The notes: generated from the sequence alone by a model not told the origin. A stretch of DNA of 64,000 nt from an uncultured Chloroflexia bacterium (GCA_963810095.1 CAWEMM010000007.1:1-64000), one strand, 5' to 3'; positions 1 through 10,915 are shown, counted from the first letter of the stretch. Made by a program: numbers and translations.

Positions 1-117
1 AGTACCGATAACGGGTTGGTTGAATCCCCGTAATCGGCGCAGGCTTTTTTTTGATCCAGAAGGCGACCGAAAGGCTAGGAGCCGTGAGGTCAGTTCCCGT
101 GAGGGGTCTTAACGGAA

Positions 118-155
118 GACCTCACGGGTAGCCATTTTTGACTACCCGTGAGGTC
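118..155. repeat. Palindrome gacctcacgggtag-N10-ctacccgtgaggtc just 3' of the tRNA (REP-like or terminator-like)
   Basis: Perfect 14-bp inverted repeat; the core ccgtgagg also occurs at about 82-89 and 97-104. Confidence 0.7.
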
Positions 156-160
156 GAATA

Positions 161-234
<74 letters not shown>

Positions 235-264
235 TGCCGGGTGAGACCTCACCCGACGGAACCG

Positions 265-315
265 AGTATAGCATAGGGGCGTCATGTACGCAAACTCGAG
301 GTCTATTTGTATAAT
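265..315. promoter_or_regulatory. Divergent sigma70-type promoters for the tRNA (-) and the 373 gene (+)
   Basis: Minus strand TTGCGT-17bp-TATACT with extended TG; plus strand TATAAT at 310-315. Confidence 0.55.
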
Positions 316-372
316 GTGTCGCACTCTCGTTTGGTCTATCGCACTTATTCGGGATGAAAGGTTCGAGTCCAC

Positions 373-1116
373 ATGCGTCGCAACCTCTACATCGCAGCCT
401 TCGTGGCCATCCTCTTAATTGCCTGTATCGGCGGCTTCATCGGGGGCCGCGTTCTGCTTTCCCGGCTGCAGGGCGATTTCTCAACGCAGGCGGATGCTAC
501 GGCTACGCCCGGAGTTGTCGCTCAAGCCAGGACGAGCACCGCAGCAGCACCGCAAGAACTCGGCACTGTCCCGGCTGCCGCGACCCAGGCGCCCCGGGCG
601 ACGTCCACCGTCCTGGTCGTGCCTGCCCCTGTCACAGACCAGCCCGCGGTGCTGACCCCGGAACCGACCTGGACCGCCGGCGTCGATTTGCCCACGTCCG
701 AAGTACCTTTGCCGGTCGAAACGCCGTTCGTCGAAGGTACGCTCGGCCCCGAGCCAAGCGCAACGCCCATCCCCGCGTATCCGTTTGTGCTCGCCCGCCC
801 GGTGCGCTATTCGAGCAACGATTGCCCCGGCGCCTATGCCCTTGGCGCAGTGACGGATCGAAGCGGCAACCCGCTGCCCGGCATCCGCCTCAAGCTGATT
901 GACGAGTTCGGGAATGCTGCTACTGCGGTCACGAAGCCTGGACCGGGCGACACCGGCCGCTACGACTTCCCAATGGGCGGCCCGGGGCGCAAGTTCTACA
1001 TGAGCGTCGTCGACGCATCCGACCGCCCCTTGAGCGCGGAGGTCGAAATCCTGCACGACCTCGCACCCCAGGAAGGCAAGACCTGCCGCTGGGTCGACTG
1101 GCGCCGCACGCAGTAA
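373..1116 (+). CDS. Membrane-anchored hypothetical protein with a Pro/Thr-rich linker and a C-terminal carboxypeptidase-regulatory-like beta domain
   Basis: 247-aa ORF; N-terminal TM helix, PT-rich stalk, GAVTDRSGNPLPGI and GRYDF motifs. Confidence 0.75.
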   Translation: MRRNLYIAAFVAILLIACIGGFIGGRVLLSRLQGDFSTQADATATPGVVAQARTSTAAAPQELGTVPAAATQAPRATSTVLVVPAPVTDQPAVLTPEPTWTAGVDLPTSEVPLPVETPFVEGTLGPEPSATPIPAYPFVLARPVRYSSNDCPGAYALGAVTDRSGNPLPGIRLKLIDEFGNAATAVTKPGPGDTGRYDFPMGGPGRKFYMSVVDASDRPLSAEVEILHDLAPQEGKTCRWVDWRRTQ

Positions 1117-1155
1117 TCGCACGCAGATTGGACTGATCCGACTGATCTACCTGAT

Positions 1156-1190
1156 AAAGAAGGGCTCCCACGCCGGGGAGCCCTTCTTTT
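1156..1190. terminator. Bidirectional intrinsic terminator between convergent genes
   Basis: aaagaagggctccc-N6-gggagcccttcttt. Confidence 0.8.
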
Positions 1191-1248
1191 CTATCCGATA
1201 CCGCCCTTGTCTGTTATCGCGCGGATCTGCTCAACCCCGAGAGCCCGG

Positions 1249-2669
1249 TCACGGGTTTGGATCGGTCCAGCAGCGCTTGCCTTCGAGCTTGTTCAGATAG
1301 ATGCACAACTCGACGTAGGCCGCCCGCACGAAGAAGTCCGTCGGGCTTGGGCCGATAATGGACCAGTAGAACTGCTCGGTCTCCTTGGTCCAGTCCGGGT
1401 CAGGCATGTAGATCACCATCATCGGGCCCACCCACGACTGCCAGTTCTGCCGCGCCCATTCGTAGGCGCGCACCAGGTACTTGCCCTTCGTCGCTTCGTC
1501 GATCCCCGCGCCCGCGCCATGCCAGTAGTACGGTGAATCGGGCCGGTCGTCTGTCGTCCAACCGAATTCGAGGATGGCAAGCCGCTTGTCCTTGTCGCCG
1601 TACTTTTCCATGATCTTGCGCACGTCTTCGACGTGACGGAATGCAAAGAAGCGCTCGCCGCCGTATTTCGCCTTGTTAGCCGCTGCTTCGTCGGGGCTGA
1701 CTTCCGGCGCAGCCGCAAAACCGGCCGCATGTGCGCCCAGCATGTCGAAATACCCGTCGCTGTTGCCCTTCATCGCCTGGTACATCTCGTCGTAGAAGCG
1801 GATGTCAGGCATTGCTTCGGCGGTGTCCGTGCCGGTCGGCGCCATGCCCGCGGTGATCACGGTGGCGTCGGGATCGATGTTTTTGATCGCGCTGTACGCC
1901 ATTTTCAACATGCGGGCGTAGCCTGCGGGATCGGGCCGCTTCTTGCCCCACTCGCGCGCCAGGTTCGGCTCGTTCCAGATCTGGTAGGCCGCGATCCGTC
2001 CCTTGTACCGGCTGGCCACTGCCGCGACGAAGTCCGCGTAGTGCCCGGCGTTGTCCGGCGGGTCGCCGGCCCAGAAGGGCTTGTCCGGATCCTGGCTCAG
2101 GCGCACCATCAGCTTGAGGCCGTGCTTCTCCGCCTGCTCCACAATGCGGTCCGTCTTGGTCCAGTCGTATTCGCCCTTGCCCGCGCCCTCGATGTCCTGC
2201 CACGAGAAGAGCTGCTTCACCCACTGGAAGCCCGCGTTCTTGACGTAGCCCAGGTCGCGGTCAGCCACTTCCTCGCGCCACCATAGGAACGCCTGCACGC
2301 CCGACTCGGGCTCGGCACCCGTGCCGCCCGGCTGCGCGCCGGTCTTGGTGGCTGCGGGCGAAGGCGTGCCACCGGCGGGCGCTGCCGCAGCGGTCTCTGC
2401 GCGGTCGCGCTGGCCGCGGCCGTGGCGTTGGCGGCAGGCGGGCTCGGGGGTTCGGATGCGCTGGGCTGCACCGTGCCGGTCTGCCCAGACGTCGGGGCCG
2501 GCGTCGCCTCCACTGCCGCAACGTCGGGCCGCGGCGTCTTGGTAGGCGTCGGGGTGGCGGCAGATCGCTGCGCGGGGGCGCAGGATGCGAGCACAGGTCC
2601 AATGGCCAAGGCGGCAAGAATCAACAGCCACGGCCATAACTTGGAAAGCGATATGCGTCGAGAGGTCAT
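1249..2669 (-). CDS. Lipoprotein glycoside hydrolase, clan GH-A (GH5/GH39-like); frameshifted in the linker
   Basis: Lipobox LASC in ORF 2217..2669; catalytic domain in ORF 1249..2637 with YQIWNEPN (acid/base) and ILEFGW (nucleophile). Confidence 0.8.
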
Positions 2670-2724
2670 CAGGTGCGGGTCTCCAACCTAGTCTCTAGCT
2701 CTGATGGGATAAGCACAAGCACAC

Positions 2725-2753
2725 GAACCCGGTTTCTACCAGAAGCCGGGTCT
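2725..2753. repeat. REP-like palindrome, family A (AGAAACCCGGTTTCT type)
   Basis: gaacccggtttct-acc-agaagccgggtct; relatives at 13432, 49796 and 53860. Confidence 0.7.
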
Positions 2754-2767
2754 GTGGCGTGCAGGAA

Positions 2768-4174
2768 TTACTTCGGGATGCCCTTGAGCATGCCATAAGC
2801 GCTGCGTCCCAGGACGCGGAAGGCCGACTGCTCTCCATTGTTATAGTTCAAGTTCCATAGGAAGGCAACTCCGACCCAGCCCCAGTTCCGCATCAGCTCG
2901 TATGCGCGGACGATGTACTCGGCCTGCTGCTGCTCCGAGTTGTAGGTGGCGTACTCGTAACCTGGGAACGGGTTGCCGGTCGATGCCCAGCCGAATTCGG
3001 TCGGCCAGAGCCGCTTGCCGCCGTCGCCGTACTTCACCATGATGTTGCGATACTGTTCCAGCGTGTTGCGGAAATAGAATGATGGATCAGCGACGTGCGA
3101 GGGCCGCGAGTAGTTCCCGGCCTGCCAATCCTGGAAGCGAACGTCGGGCGGGTTGCCGAAACCGCTTGGGTGCACCCCGATTGCATCCGACACATTCTTC
3201 AGCCCCGCCCGGTACATCTGCTCCAGGTAGGTCGTGTCGCGAATCGCGGCCGGGGGGAGGGCGCCTGTGGGCGTCGGTGCGCCGCTGACGACAATCATGC
3301 TCGGGCACGCTGCCTTGATGGCCCGGTACGCGGCCCCAAGAAGGCGCACGTAGCGCGCCGCATCCAGCCGCTCGTTGCCCCACTCGTAGTGCAGGTTCTG
3401 CTCGTTCCACACCTCGATCGCCTTGACGCGGCCGCAGTACCGGCCTGCAAACTCGCCCACGAACGAAGCATAGGTGTTCGGATCGGCGGGCGGGCCTTCG
3501 ACGGACATGTCGGGGTTGGCCCCGCGCGCCCACTGCGGCGCCTTCACGATGCTGGCCATGAGGCTGATGCCCGCGCCGCTGAATGCGTTCACCACGTCGT
3601 CGGGCCAGTTGCGTTGACCAGGGCCGCCGCCCTCGAAGTCCTTCCACTGCACTTGCCACTTCGCCCAGCGCATGCCAAGGTCAGCCGCGCCGCCGACCGA
3701 CTCGCCGATGTTGCCCGGGTCGATCTGGATGCCATAGTCAAAGAACCCGGTCACCGCGGTCGAGCGCGGCGCCGCGGCAGGTTTCGCCGCGGCTTTGGGT
3801 GCGGCCTTGGGGGCCGCCACCTGGACAACCGGCAGCCCGGTCGCCGAGCCCGCCAGGTTGACGAACTGCGTGGCAACCCAGCCCTTCTTGCCGTTCACGC
3901 TGACCTGCAGCCAACTGCCGCCGGCGTTTTTGCCCACGGCCGTCAGCGTTTCGCCGGCTTTGGCCCGCCCCACGACGCCGTAACCGGTTCCGGGCCCACT
4001 GCGCAGGTTCACCAGGTCACCGGTTACCGTGGCTTTGACGCCGCCGTCCTGGAGGGTTGGCGCTGCCTGGACCACGGCTGCGGGCGACACGACGCCCAAG
4101 GCCAGCACGATGACCAGAAACAGGAATACCGACGAACGCGCAAGGGTGGAGTGTGATGCGATGCGGTGCGACAT
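2768..4174 (-). CDS. Secreted SH3-domain + clan GH-A glycoside hydrolase
   Basis: GAGGAG RBS before ATG at 4174; signal peptide; SH3 VNLRSGPGTGY; IEVWNEQN and LWPTEFGW motifs. Confidence 0.85.
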   Translation of the reverse strand: MSHRIASHSTLARSSVFLFLVIVLALGVVSPAAVVQAAPTLQDGGVKATVTGDLVNLRSGPGTGYGVVGRAKAGETLTAVGKNAGGSWLQVSVNGKKGWVATQFVNLAGSATGLPVVQVAAPKAAPKAAAKPAAAPRSTAVTGFFDYGIQIDPGNIGESVGGAADLGMRWAKWQVQWKDFEGGGPGQRNWPDDVVNAFSGAGISLMASIVKAPQWARGANPDMSVEGPPADPNTYASFVGEFAGRYCGRVKAIEVWNEQNLHYEWGNERLDAARYVRLLGAAYRAIKAACPSMIVVSGAPTPTGALPPAAIRDTTYLEQMYRAGLKNVSDAIGVHPSGFGNPPDVRFQDWQAGNYSRPSHVADPSFYFRNTLEQYRNIMVKYGDGGKRLWPTEFGWASTGNPFPGYEYATYNSEQQQAEYIVRAYELMRNWGWVGVAFLWNLNYNNGEQSAFRVLGRSAYGMLKGIPK

Positions 4175-4274
4175 GTTCTCCTCGGTGAGTGCGCTCGGCC
4201 GGCCCGACCGGCCCAAGCGTAGTTTGGTTGGCAACTGGCCGGCTGCGGCCAGGTGATGTCGCTGTGAGACGAAA

Positions 4275-4835
4275 CTAACGCATGACCGGATAACTCTCGA
4301 TGTCCGCTTGGAGCGCCAGGAACTCGGCGGCCGCCCACGCCCGGGAGTCTGCCACGCAGCACAACTGCACCCAACGGCCATCTTCCGAGCGACCCATGAC
4401 GGCGAACTCGTCGCCGCTCTGGGCCGTCGCCAATACGCCGTAGGTGGTTCCCGGGCCGGTGCGCAGGTTGAGTGGCCCCTGTGCGATGCGCGCTCGAGCC
4501 TGCAGGGCAGGCATGGCGGTGGGAGTCGCCTTTGACCGGGCCGCGCTGGGCGAACTGACCGCAGGCGGCGTCCCGGTGGGAGGCTTCGTTGCCGCTTTCG
4601 TAACCCGCTGCGTGGGGGAGAGCGTAATGGTGGGCACGCTGGTTGCGGTTGGCAATGAGGTAGGGGCGGTGCGGCCTGCCGTGGCCGTCGCAATTGCCGT
4701 GGGGGGCGGAGTCCAGTTCAATGCCGCCGGACGTGCGCCCCCGCCGGTCAGCGGGATGAAAACGCCTGCGAGCAGGGCGAACAAAAACGCAGCCAGCGAG
4801 AACACCAGTGTAGCCGAATGCTCCCGACTGCGCAT
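4275..4835 (-). CDS. Membrane-anchored SH3-domain protein
   Basis: TM helix, Thr/Pro-rich linker, LNLRTGPGTTY...WVQLCC...WAAAEF bacterial SH3. Confidence 0.8.
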   Translation of the reverse strand: MRSREHSATLVFSLAAFLFALLAGVFIPLTGGGARPAALNWTPPPTAIATATAGRTAPTSLPTATSVPTITLSPTQRVTKAATKPPTGTPPAVSSPSAARSKATPTAMPALQARARIAQGPLNLRTGPGTTYGVLATAQSGDEFAVMGRSEDGRWVQLCCVADSRAWAAAEFLALQADIESYPVMR

Positions 4836-4887
4836 TCACGAACCTCGGTACGGCTGAAAGGCAATGGATGACTGACGGATGGACGGG

Positions 4888-4956
4888 CCAGCGGCGGTAG
4901 ATGAACGGACCAACGAGACGCCTGGCGGCGGCCGTTGATCCGTTCGTACCCGCTGG
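4888..4956. other. Long imperfect intergenic stem-loop
   Basis: Nested pairs ccagcgg/ccgctgg, gaacgga/tccgttc, caacg/cgttg. Confidence 0.55.
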
Positions 4957-4969
4957 GGTGACTGCGGCC

Positions 4970-7900
4970 CTACTTAGGCATCGCTTGGAGAGCGCCGTAA
5001 GCTGCCCGGCCTTGAACACCGAAAGCCGCCAGCTCGGAACCCGGATTGGTCACATTGAAGTTGAGGTTCCAAAGGAAAGCCGGGCCCACCCAGCCCCAGC
5101 CCTTCATCATCTGGTAGGCGCGGACGAGGTACTGGGCCTGTTCCTCTTCGCTGATGTCGCGCGCATATTCATAGCCGCTGACCGGGCTGCCGGTCGAGGC
5201 CCAGCCGAACTCCGTCGGCCAGATGCGCTTGCCGCCATCACCGTTGGCGGCCATGACCCCCCGATACCGCTCCATCGTGTCGCGGAAGAAGAACGAGGGG
5301 TGATTCTTGAAGCTGGGCTCGGCCGGGTTCGAGTAGCCGAACTTGGCGTCGGGCGGATTGTTGTAGCCGCTGGGGTGCGCGCCCACCGCGTCGAAGCAAC
5401 GCTTCGCGCCGGCCGCATACATCCGCTGCAGGTACACCAGGTCGTCGATGGCCGTCGAGCCGTCGTTCAGGCCGGTGGGCGTCAGCGCGCCGGAAACGAC
5501 CGTAATGCCCGGGTCTGCCGCTTTGATGGCCGAGTACGCCCGGCACAGCATGTCGACGTACCGGTTCGGGTCGAGCGGCTCGTGCCCCCATTCGTACCAC
5601 AGGTTTTGTTCGTTCCAGACCTCGATTGCCGACACGCGGCCCTTGAAATGTGACGCCAGCGCACCCACGAAGTCCGCGTACGCCTGGGGGTTGGCCGGCG
5701 GGCCTTCAACCGAGAAGTCGGAATTGCCGGCCCGCGCCCAGTTGGGCGCCTTGACCACGCTCAGCAGCACCTTGAGCCCTGCGCCGCTCAGGTCGTTCAC
5801 GACATCATCCGGGAAGCTGCGCGCTCCGGGCGAACCCTCGAAGTCTTTCCAGACCAGCTGGAACTTGATCCAATTGAAGCCCATCGCCTTTGTCAGGGCG
5901 ATCGCCTCAGCGCGGTTGCCGTACTGGTTGATCTGCACGCCGTAGCCGAAGGCGCCGGGGGCGGCGGGGTAGGACTTCGCCGGCGACGCGGCTGCGGGTG
6001 CGGCGGCTGCGGGTGCAGCGGCAACCGGAGCGGCGGTGGGCGGCGGTGCAACTTCGACGACGGCGACGCCCTCGGCGTTGCCGGTCACGGTCACGAGGTC
6101 GGCCGAAACCCAGCCGGGCTTGCCGTTCGCCTCCAACTGCCACCAGGTGCCGTCGTCGTTCTGGCCCGTGATCTTGTAGCTCTTGCCTGCGGCCAGCTGG
6201 CCGGCCTTCGCATAAGCCGTGGACGGGCCCGAGCGCATGTTAGCATTATTCTTCGCCGTCGCTTGGGCGAACTCAGGGGTCGGCGTCAGCGTCGGGCGTG
6301 GGGGTGAACTCGGGCGTGGGGGTGGCAGTTGGCGTGTACGTGGCAACCGCGACCGCCTGGTCGTTGCTGATCTTCGCCAGCACCTGCCCGCGATCCTTCA
6401 GCGCCGCCTCAACTGCGAGCGCACCGGGTTGGTTCGGTGCGGCCAGCGCCAGCGCCGATTCGCCTAAAGGGCGCACCTCGCTCACGGTCTGCCCGTTTGC
6501 GTCTTTCACCGTCCACTCGACGAGGAAGTTGCTCTTGATATCCTGCAGTTGGCCCTGCTGGAAGTTCCGCATGAGGGGCCACAGGTCGACATCCAGCCCG
6601 TCGCCGGGCAGGGTTTCGAGGGTCAGGCCCTGCACGTTGTACTTCTTGAGCGTCTCCAGCTTGTGGTTCATGCTGGCCGCGTTCTCGAGCCACACCGTGC
6701 GCGCGTTGCCTTGGTCGTCCTGGTAGCGATAGACATACGTGCCCAGGTTCGGATCGTACACGAGGCCGCTGGTGGGCCGGGTGGAGACGAGGGCGAGGTT
6801 GAGCGGCTTGCCGGGCTCCACGACCGTGGTGTCGGCAGCAATGCGCCCCATCAAGGGCTGAAGCGCGTCGTTGAACGTCTTGGGCAGCAGGTACGAGCCG
6901 GCAAGCTCCGTGCTCTGGCCGCCGAACAAAGCGCGCAGCTTTGACCGGTCGATATTGGCGACGGCATAACGCAGCAGCGCATCAAACTGGCCGCCCTGCA
7001 CGTACGCCCGCGGGTCGACCGGGGCGGGCACCTTGACGGTGTCGGCGATGAGGCCGATGGCCTGCCAGTCGTACGCGCCCGTGTCGAACCGGTCGTCGGC
7101 GACCTGGGCAGCGGCTTCCACACGCACGCCGAGGGTCTTGCCCTGCGCGTGCAGCTTGTCGGCCAGCTCCTTGAGGAACTGCAGATACTCGCCTCGCAGG
7201 TTGCGGTCGAGCCCCCGATAGTCGAGGTCCACACCCTTGTAGAGGTTGCCGACGGCCAGGTTGACCAGGGCGTCGACGTGCGCCGACCGCTGCGCGGAGT
7301 CGACCAGCATGTTGTTGAAGAGATCGGTGCGCACGATCGGGCCGTCATAGTTGCGGATGACCGGGATCACCGCGAAGCTGCTGCCGAGCTGGTCAAACGT
7401 CGCGTCGAGCGACCCCGTCAGCGCGCCGTCGGTGCCAAGGCCCAGGCCAACCGGGTGCACCTCTGCGAGCACGCTGCGGCCGTCCGACGTCAGGTCTTTA
7501 GCCTGCTTGAGGTCCAGCGAAGCGAGCGCGGGCTGCGGGTTGGTCTGCATGACCATGACGGAGGCCGGGACTGCGGGCGAGTGGCTCTCGACGAGGTCGT
7601 CTTCGCCGATGATGTTGTGCGGCAGCCACTGCCAGTGCGGCGTGGCGCCCGTGGTTTCCCACGTGTACATGTCCAGCGTCTCGTACGGCTCGCTGTCGTT
7701 CGGGATCGGCACGACCCAGGTCGACGCGCTGGGGCTTGCCCGCGGAGGTCCAGCTCGTAGTAAGGGCTCTTAGGAACGAGCGTCTGGGGAATGGCCTTTG
7801 CGGCTGCGAGAAGGTCCTTCCCGGCACTGCCCTCGAGGAAATTGACCCGCGGCACGGAGGAAAGGCTGGCGCGGAACGGTTCGCTCACCGTGCCGGGCTC

Positions 7901-8119
7901 GAAAATGACCTGCGTGCCGTCCGGATCTTGAATCACGCCGCCCTGTTCGGTCACCTGCGTCGCACCCATGTCCTGGACGCGCTGCACGAGAGAGATTGGG
8001 GGCAAGAGCAGGGCCACGATGAGCAGCAGAACGATGAGTACGATGCTCACGATTCGGAGGCGTTTGTCGTCAAGCCAGCTCGATGCTTGAGGTTGCCTGG
8101 GATAGTCGCGTACTGCCAT
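4970..8119 (-). CDS. Large membrane-anchored multidomain protein (GH18-like, SH3, clan GH-A), split by two frameshifts
   Basis: ORFs 7490..8119 (TM), 6273..7712 (GH18-like YKGVDLDYRG, AYDW) and 4970..6346 (SH3 NMRSGPST; WNEQN, IWPTEFGW) join across frame changes near 7730 and 6300. Confidence 0.75.
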
Positions 8120-8770
8120 GGTTACGATGTGCTCCTAATTGTCGATCTTGTGTCGGCGAAGTCACCGACCCGGGCCGTGCCGCCGGTAGCCACGTTGAGC
8201 TGCCGGCCGTGCATCGCCAGTTACGTCTTCGTCCGCAAGAGCAGAGTCTTACCGGGCACGCGGATGGGCAGGCCGAGAGGCCGGTGCGCGCTCGTGACGC
8301 CGGTTGCGGTCGCGCTGGAGACGCGCAGCGACCGTCCGGTCCAAAGACTGTCACCCAGGGAACGGCCCGAAGAGGGTATGTGTTGACTCCATAAAGGGTA
8401 GAGCACCGGGTGCGGTGTACTCCCTACATCCAGCCGGCATGCCGTTCACCGATCCACCGGAGACTCACGCGGGACAGCGCCTCCCCCAGTGCCGGGTCAT
8501 GTTATGCTGGCTTGAGACATAATGGGGCTTCTTGGAGCGGCGGTGCTTGGTGGTTAGATCACGCCCCGATGAAGCCGCGCCCCGGTGAGGTCTATCATCG
8601 GGGTGCTAACGGAGTAGCAGTGTAGCATAGGGTCCCGTCTTTGGCAAACAGAACGAGTCGGGAGCGACGGGCCAAGGCCGGCTCGGGGCCAGCCGACACC
8701 GTCGAGGGGTGGCCGCGGGCCTCCGCTTCCCGAAGAACGAACCGCCAGTTTAGCGTCGGACCGCGATCTC

Positions 8771-8779
8771 TGCTATAAT
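8771..8779 (+). promoter_or_regulatory. Extended -10 promoter
   Basis: TGCTATAAT about 40 bp upstream of ATG 8817. Confidence 0.55.
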
Positions 8780-8816
8780 ACAGCACCATAATGCACATTC
8801 TCCACTCTTGCATCTC

Positions 8817-10198
8817 ATGAAGCTATCTCGTTCCACTCCTGCTGCTGCCGCCGACGCGGTGAAGTCAGTTCTGCCCGGGGCGCAGGGCGACTGCACGGCC
8901 GTCAGATCGCGTTGATCGTCGCCGTGGTCCTCCTGGCCGTGGCCGGACTGGCGCTGCTGGGAACCTACTTCTACTCTGGGCCGGCAGACCGTCGCGGATA
9001 CGGGTTGGGTCGACCCGCAGGCCGCAATCAAGCCTGGCGCGGTCGCCCCGGATATTGCGGTCCTCACGCTCGCCGGTGAGCCGGACGACCGCATCATTCG
9101 CGCCAGCCTCGATGCCGGCGAACGTGAAACCGCGAACGCGACGCTCGCCTACAGCGTCCTGCTTCCCGATACGATCCGCAGCGGCCAGTGGCTGATCCTG
9201 GCCAATGCGTACACGGCAGCCGACCCCGCGCGGGCCGGCGCTGCTGTCCAGGCCGCAGTCGACCTTGCGGCGCTGGGCCCGACGCTGGGCGACGTCGGCC
9301 CGCGGCGATATTTCGCTCCAGGCCGCACGCGGTGCTGCCGCGATCGACAAGGGCTGGCTCGCACCACTCCTCGTCGCGCAGGCCGAGAACATCGCCCGCT
9401 ACAGCCCAACCCTGCTGCCGGCACAGCGGCGCGATCTGCTCAACCAGGTCGCCGTTGCATACGAACGGTTGGACCAACCCGACGCGGCGCGCGACGATTC
9501 GCGAGAATATCGCCACGTACGGCGCAGGCCCGGGGCTACCGGTCGACCGCTCGCAGCCTGTGCTGCCCAGCCTGCGCGGCGCGGTCGTTCTGCCCGAGCC
9601 CGTCATCACGGCCCTGAGCGCCCGCCAGCAGGCTGCCGCTACCATGGCCGCCCGCTGGCTCGCGGCCGACCCGGCGGAGCGCAAGGTGCTGGCAGGCCGC
9701 CTGGGCGATGCGTTAGCCGAGGAAGACGCGGCGCGCAAAGTCTTCTATGACGGGACGGCGACGGGCCTGTCGCTCGCCGACAGCCTGGCGCTGCTGCACG
9801 ACCGCATCAACTGGCTGACGATCAAGCTCCGGGTGGCGCGCGGCGCTTACGGCACTTCGCTCGTGCCGGATTGGGAAACCCAGGCCGACGGGCTGACCGC
9901 CGAACTCTCCGCCGCCTACACCGAGCTTATTAACGGCTACGGGCGCCAGCTTGACACCCTGGACCCGGTCGAGGCGCTGACCGCCCGCGTCGAGCTGCTG
10001 CGCCAGGCGGTCCTGTGGGTTCGGCTGGGGCTGTTCCCCGACGTGGGTGCGGAAGAGGCGCTGGCGCGGCAATTGTCCGAAGCCTCCCGCGAGCTGTGGT
10101 TGCGCCAGGGCGGGGTGGGGCTGACAGTCGTGGACCAGTTGGAGCACGGCCTCCGCCTGTACATGCTGGCCGGGGCGCAGGCGCGCCAAGGCAGTTGA
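8817..10198 (+). CDS. Membrane-anchored alpha-helical hypothetical protein with several frameshifts
   Basis: Coding-like segments in alternating frames: TM IALIVAVVLLAVAGLALLG, then GWVDP...PDIAVLTLAG, ...AENIARYSPTL and ...WLTIKLRVARGAYGTSLVPDWE; start uncertain. Confidence 0.6.
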
Positions 10199-10232
10199 GA
10201 CCCCGCGCTGCTCGACAACCCGGGATGAAATA

Positions 10233-10320
10233 GGACGCTGATTGAACGGATTCGACTGATTATCGCGATCCTTTCCCGGAGAACTCTGCCGATCAGTTCT
10301 ATCTGTTGCATCTGGGTCCC
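10233..10320. repeat. REP-like element, family D (CGCAGAT/CGGAT periodic arms)
   Basis: ggacgctgattgaacggatt...atcagttctatctgttgcatctgggtcc; similar elements at about 1119-1230 and 43363-43463. Confidence 0.5.
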
Positions 10321-10398
10321 CTTGGCGCTCCAACGTTCGTTCGCGCATCAACCCGCGCGTTCGTATGCCAATCGTCGGCCTTCCGTAGGCCAGGTTGT

Positions 10399-10427
10399 TT
10401 GACATTCCTCGGCGCGGGGCGTATACT
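10399..10427 (+). promoter_or_regulatory. Near-consensus sigma70 promoter
   Basis: TTGACA-17bp-TATACT. Confidence 0.8.
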
Positions 10428-10433
10428 CGGGCT

Positions 10434-10564
10434 GTTGATTCTGAACCCTGCGGTCGCCACGTGCTGGCGGCTTCGGAAGAAAGTAGGACATGGCGAACTT
10501 CGCTCAACCGGAGAACGAAACAACCTGAAGGCACCGTGGCGCTGCGCGCTGGGGTGCCTTTTCT
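10434..10564 (+). promoter_or_regulatory. Structured 5' leader (candidate riboswitch/attenuator or sRNA) with a 12-aa uORF and a terminator
   Basis: Stems 10439-10478; uORF 10490-10528 MANFAQPENETT; hairpin aaggcacc...ggtgcctt followed by ttct. Confidence 0.45.
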
Positions 10565-10654
10565 GTCTCAAGCCTGTCGTATGACTTGTAGGGGCTGTCT
10601 ACGGTCGTCTCCATCTTCTGCAGCAGCCCAAGACCTTCACTCAGGAGGGCAAAC

Positions 10655-10915
10655 ATGATGGATTCGGCGATGATCGCTAAGATCAGCAAAGCTCGCGAAT
10701 ACGCCTCGGAACCCGAGCGCATCACTTTCAACGACTTTACCGTTCTGTTCGAGGGCAAGCACCAGACCTATCGGGTGGGTTACCAGCAGGGTGCTTGGAC
10801 GTGCGAGTGCGACTTCTTTGCTCAGCGGGGAGTGTGCAGCCACGTCATGGCGGTCGAAAAGGTGCTCAATCGGGCGGGCACAAGTCTTGCCCAGCCGGAG
10901 CCGGTGACGGCCTGA
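10655..10915 (+). CDS. Small SWIM zinc-finger protein
   Basis: AGGAGG RBS; CECDFF...CSH (CxC...CxH) motif. Confidence 0.85.
   Translation: MMDSAMIAKISKAREYASEPERITFNDFTVLFEGKHQTYRVGYQQGAWTCECDFFAQRGVCSHVMAVEKVLNRAGTSLAQPEPVTA

Noticed and set aside
360-370. GGTTCGAGTCC T-loop-like sequence suggesting a second tRNA or an att site
   Set aside because: No cloverleaf can be built; it is an 11-bp match in the RBS region with no integrase nearby
8120-8520. c-di-AMP (ydaO) riboswitch upstream of the cell-surface hydrolases
   Set aside because: The conserved GCTGAATC, GGGGTGAA and CCCGAACCCGTCAGCTAAC elements were not found by eye
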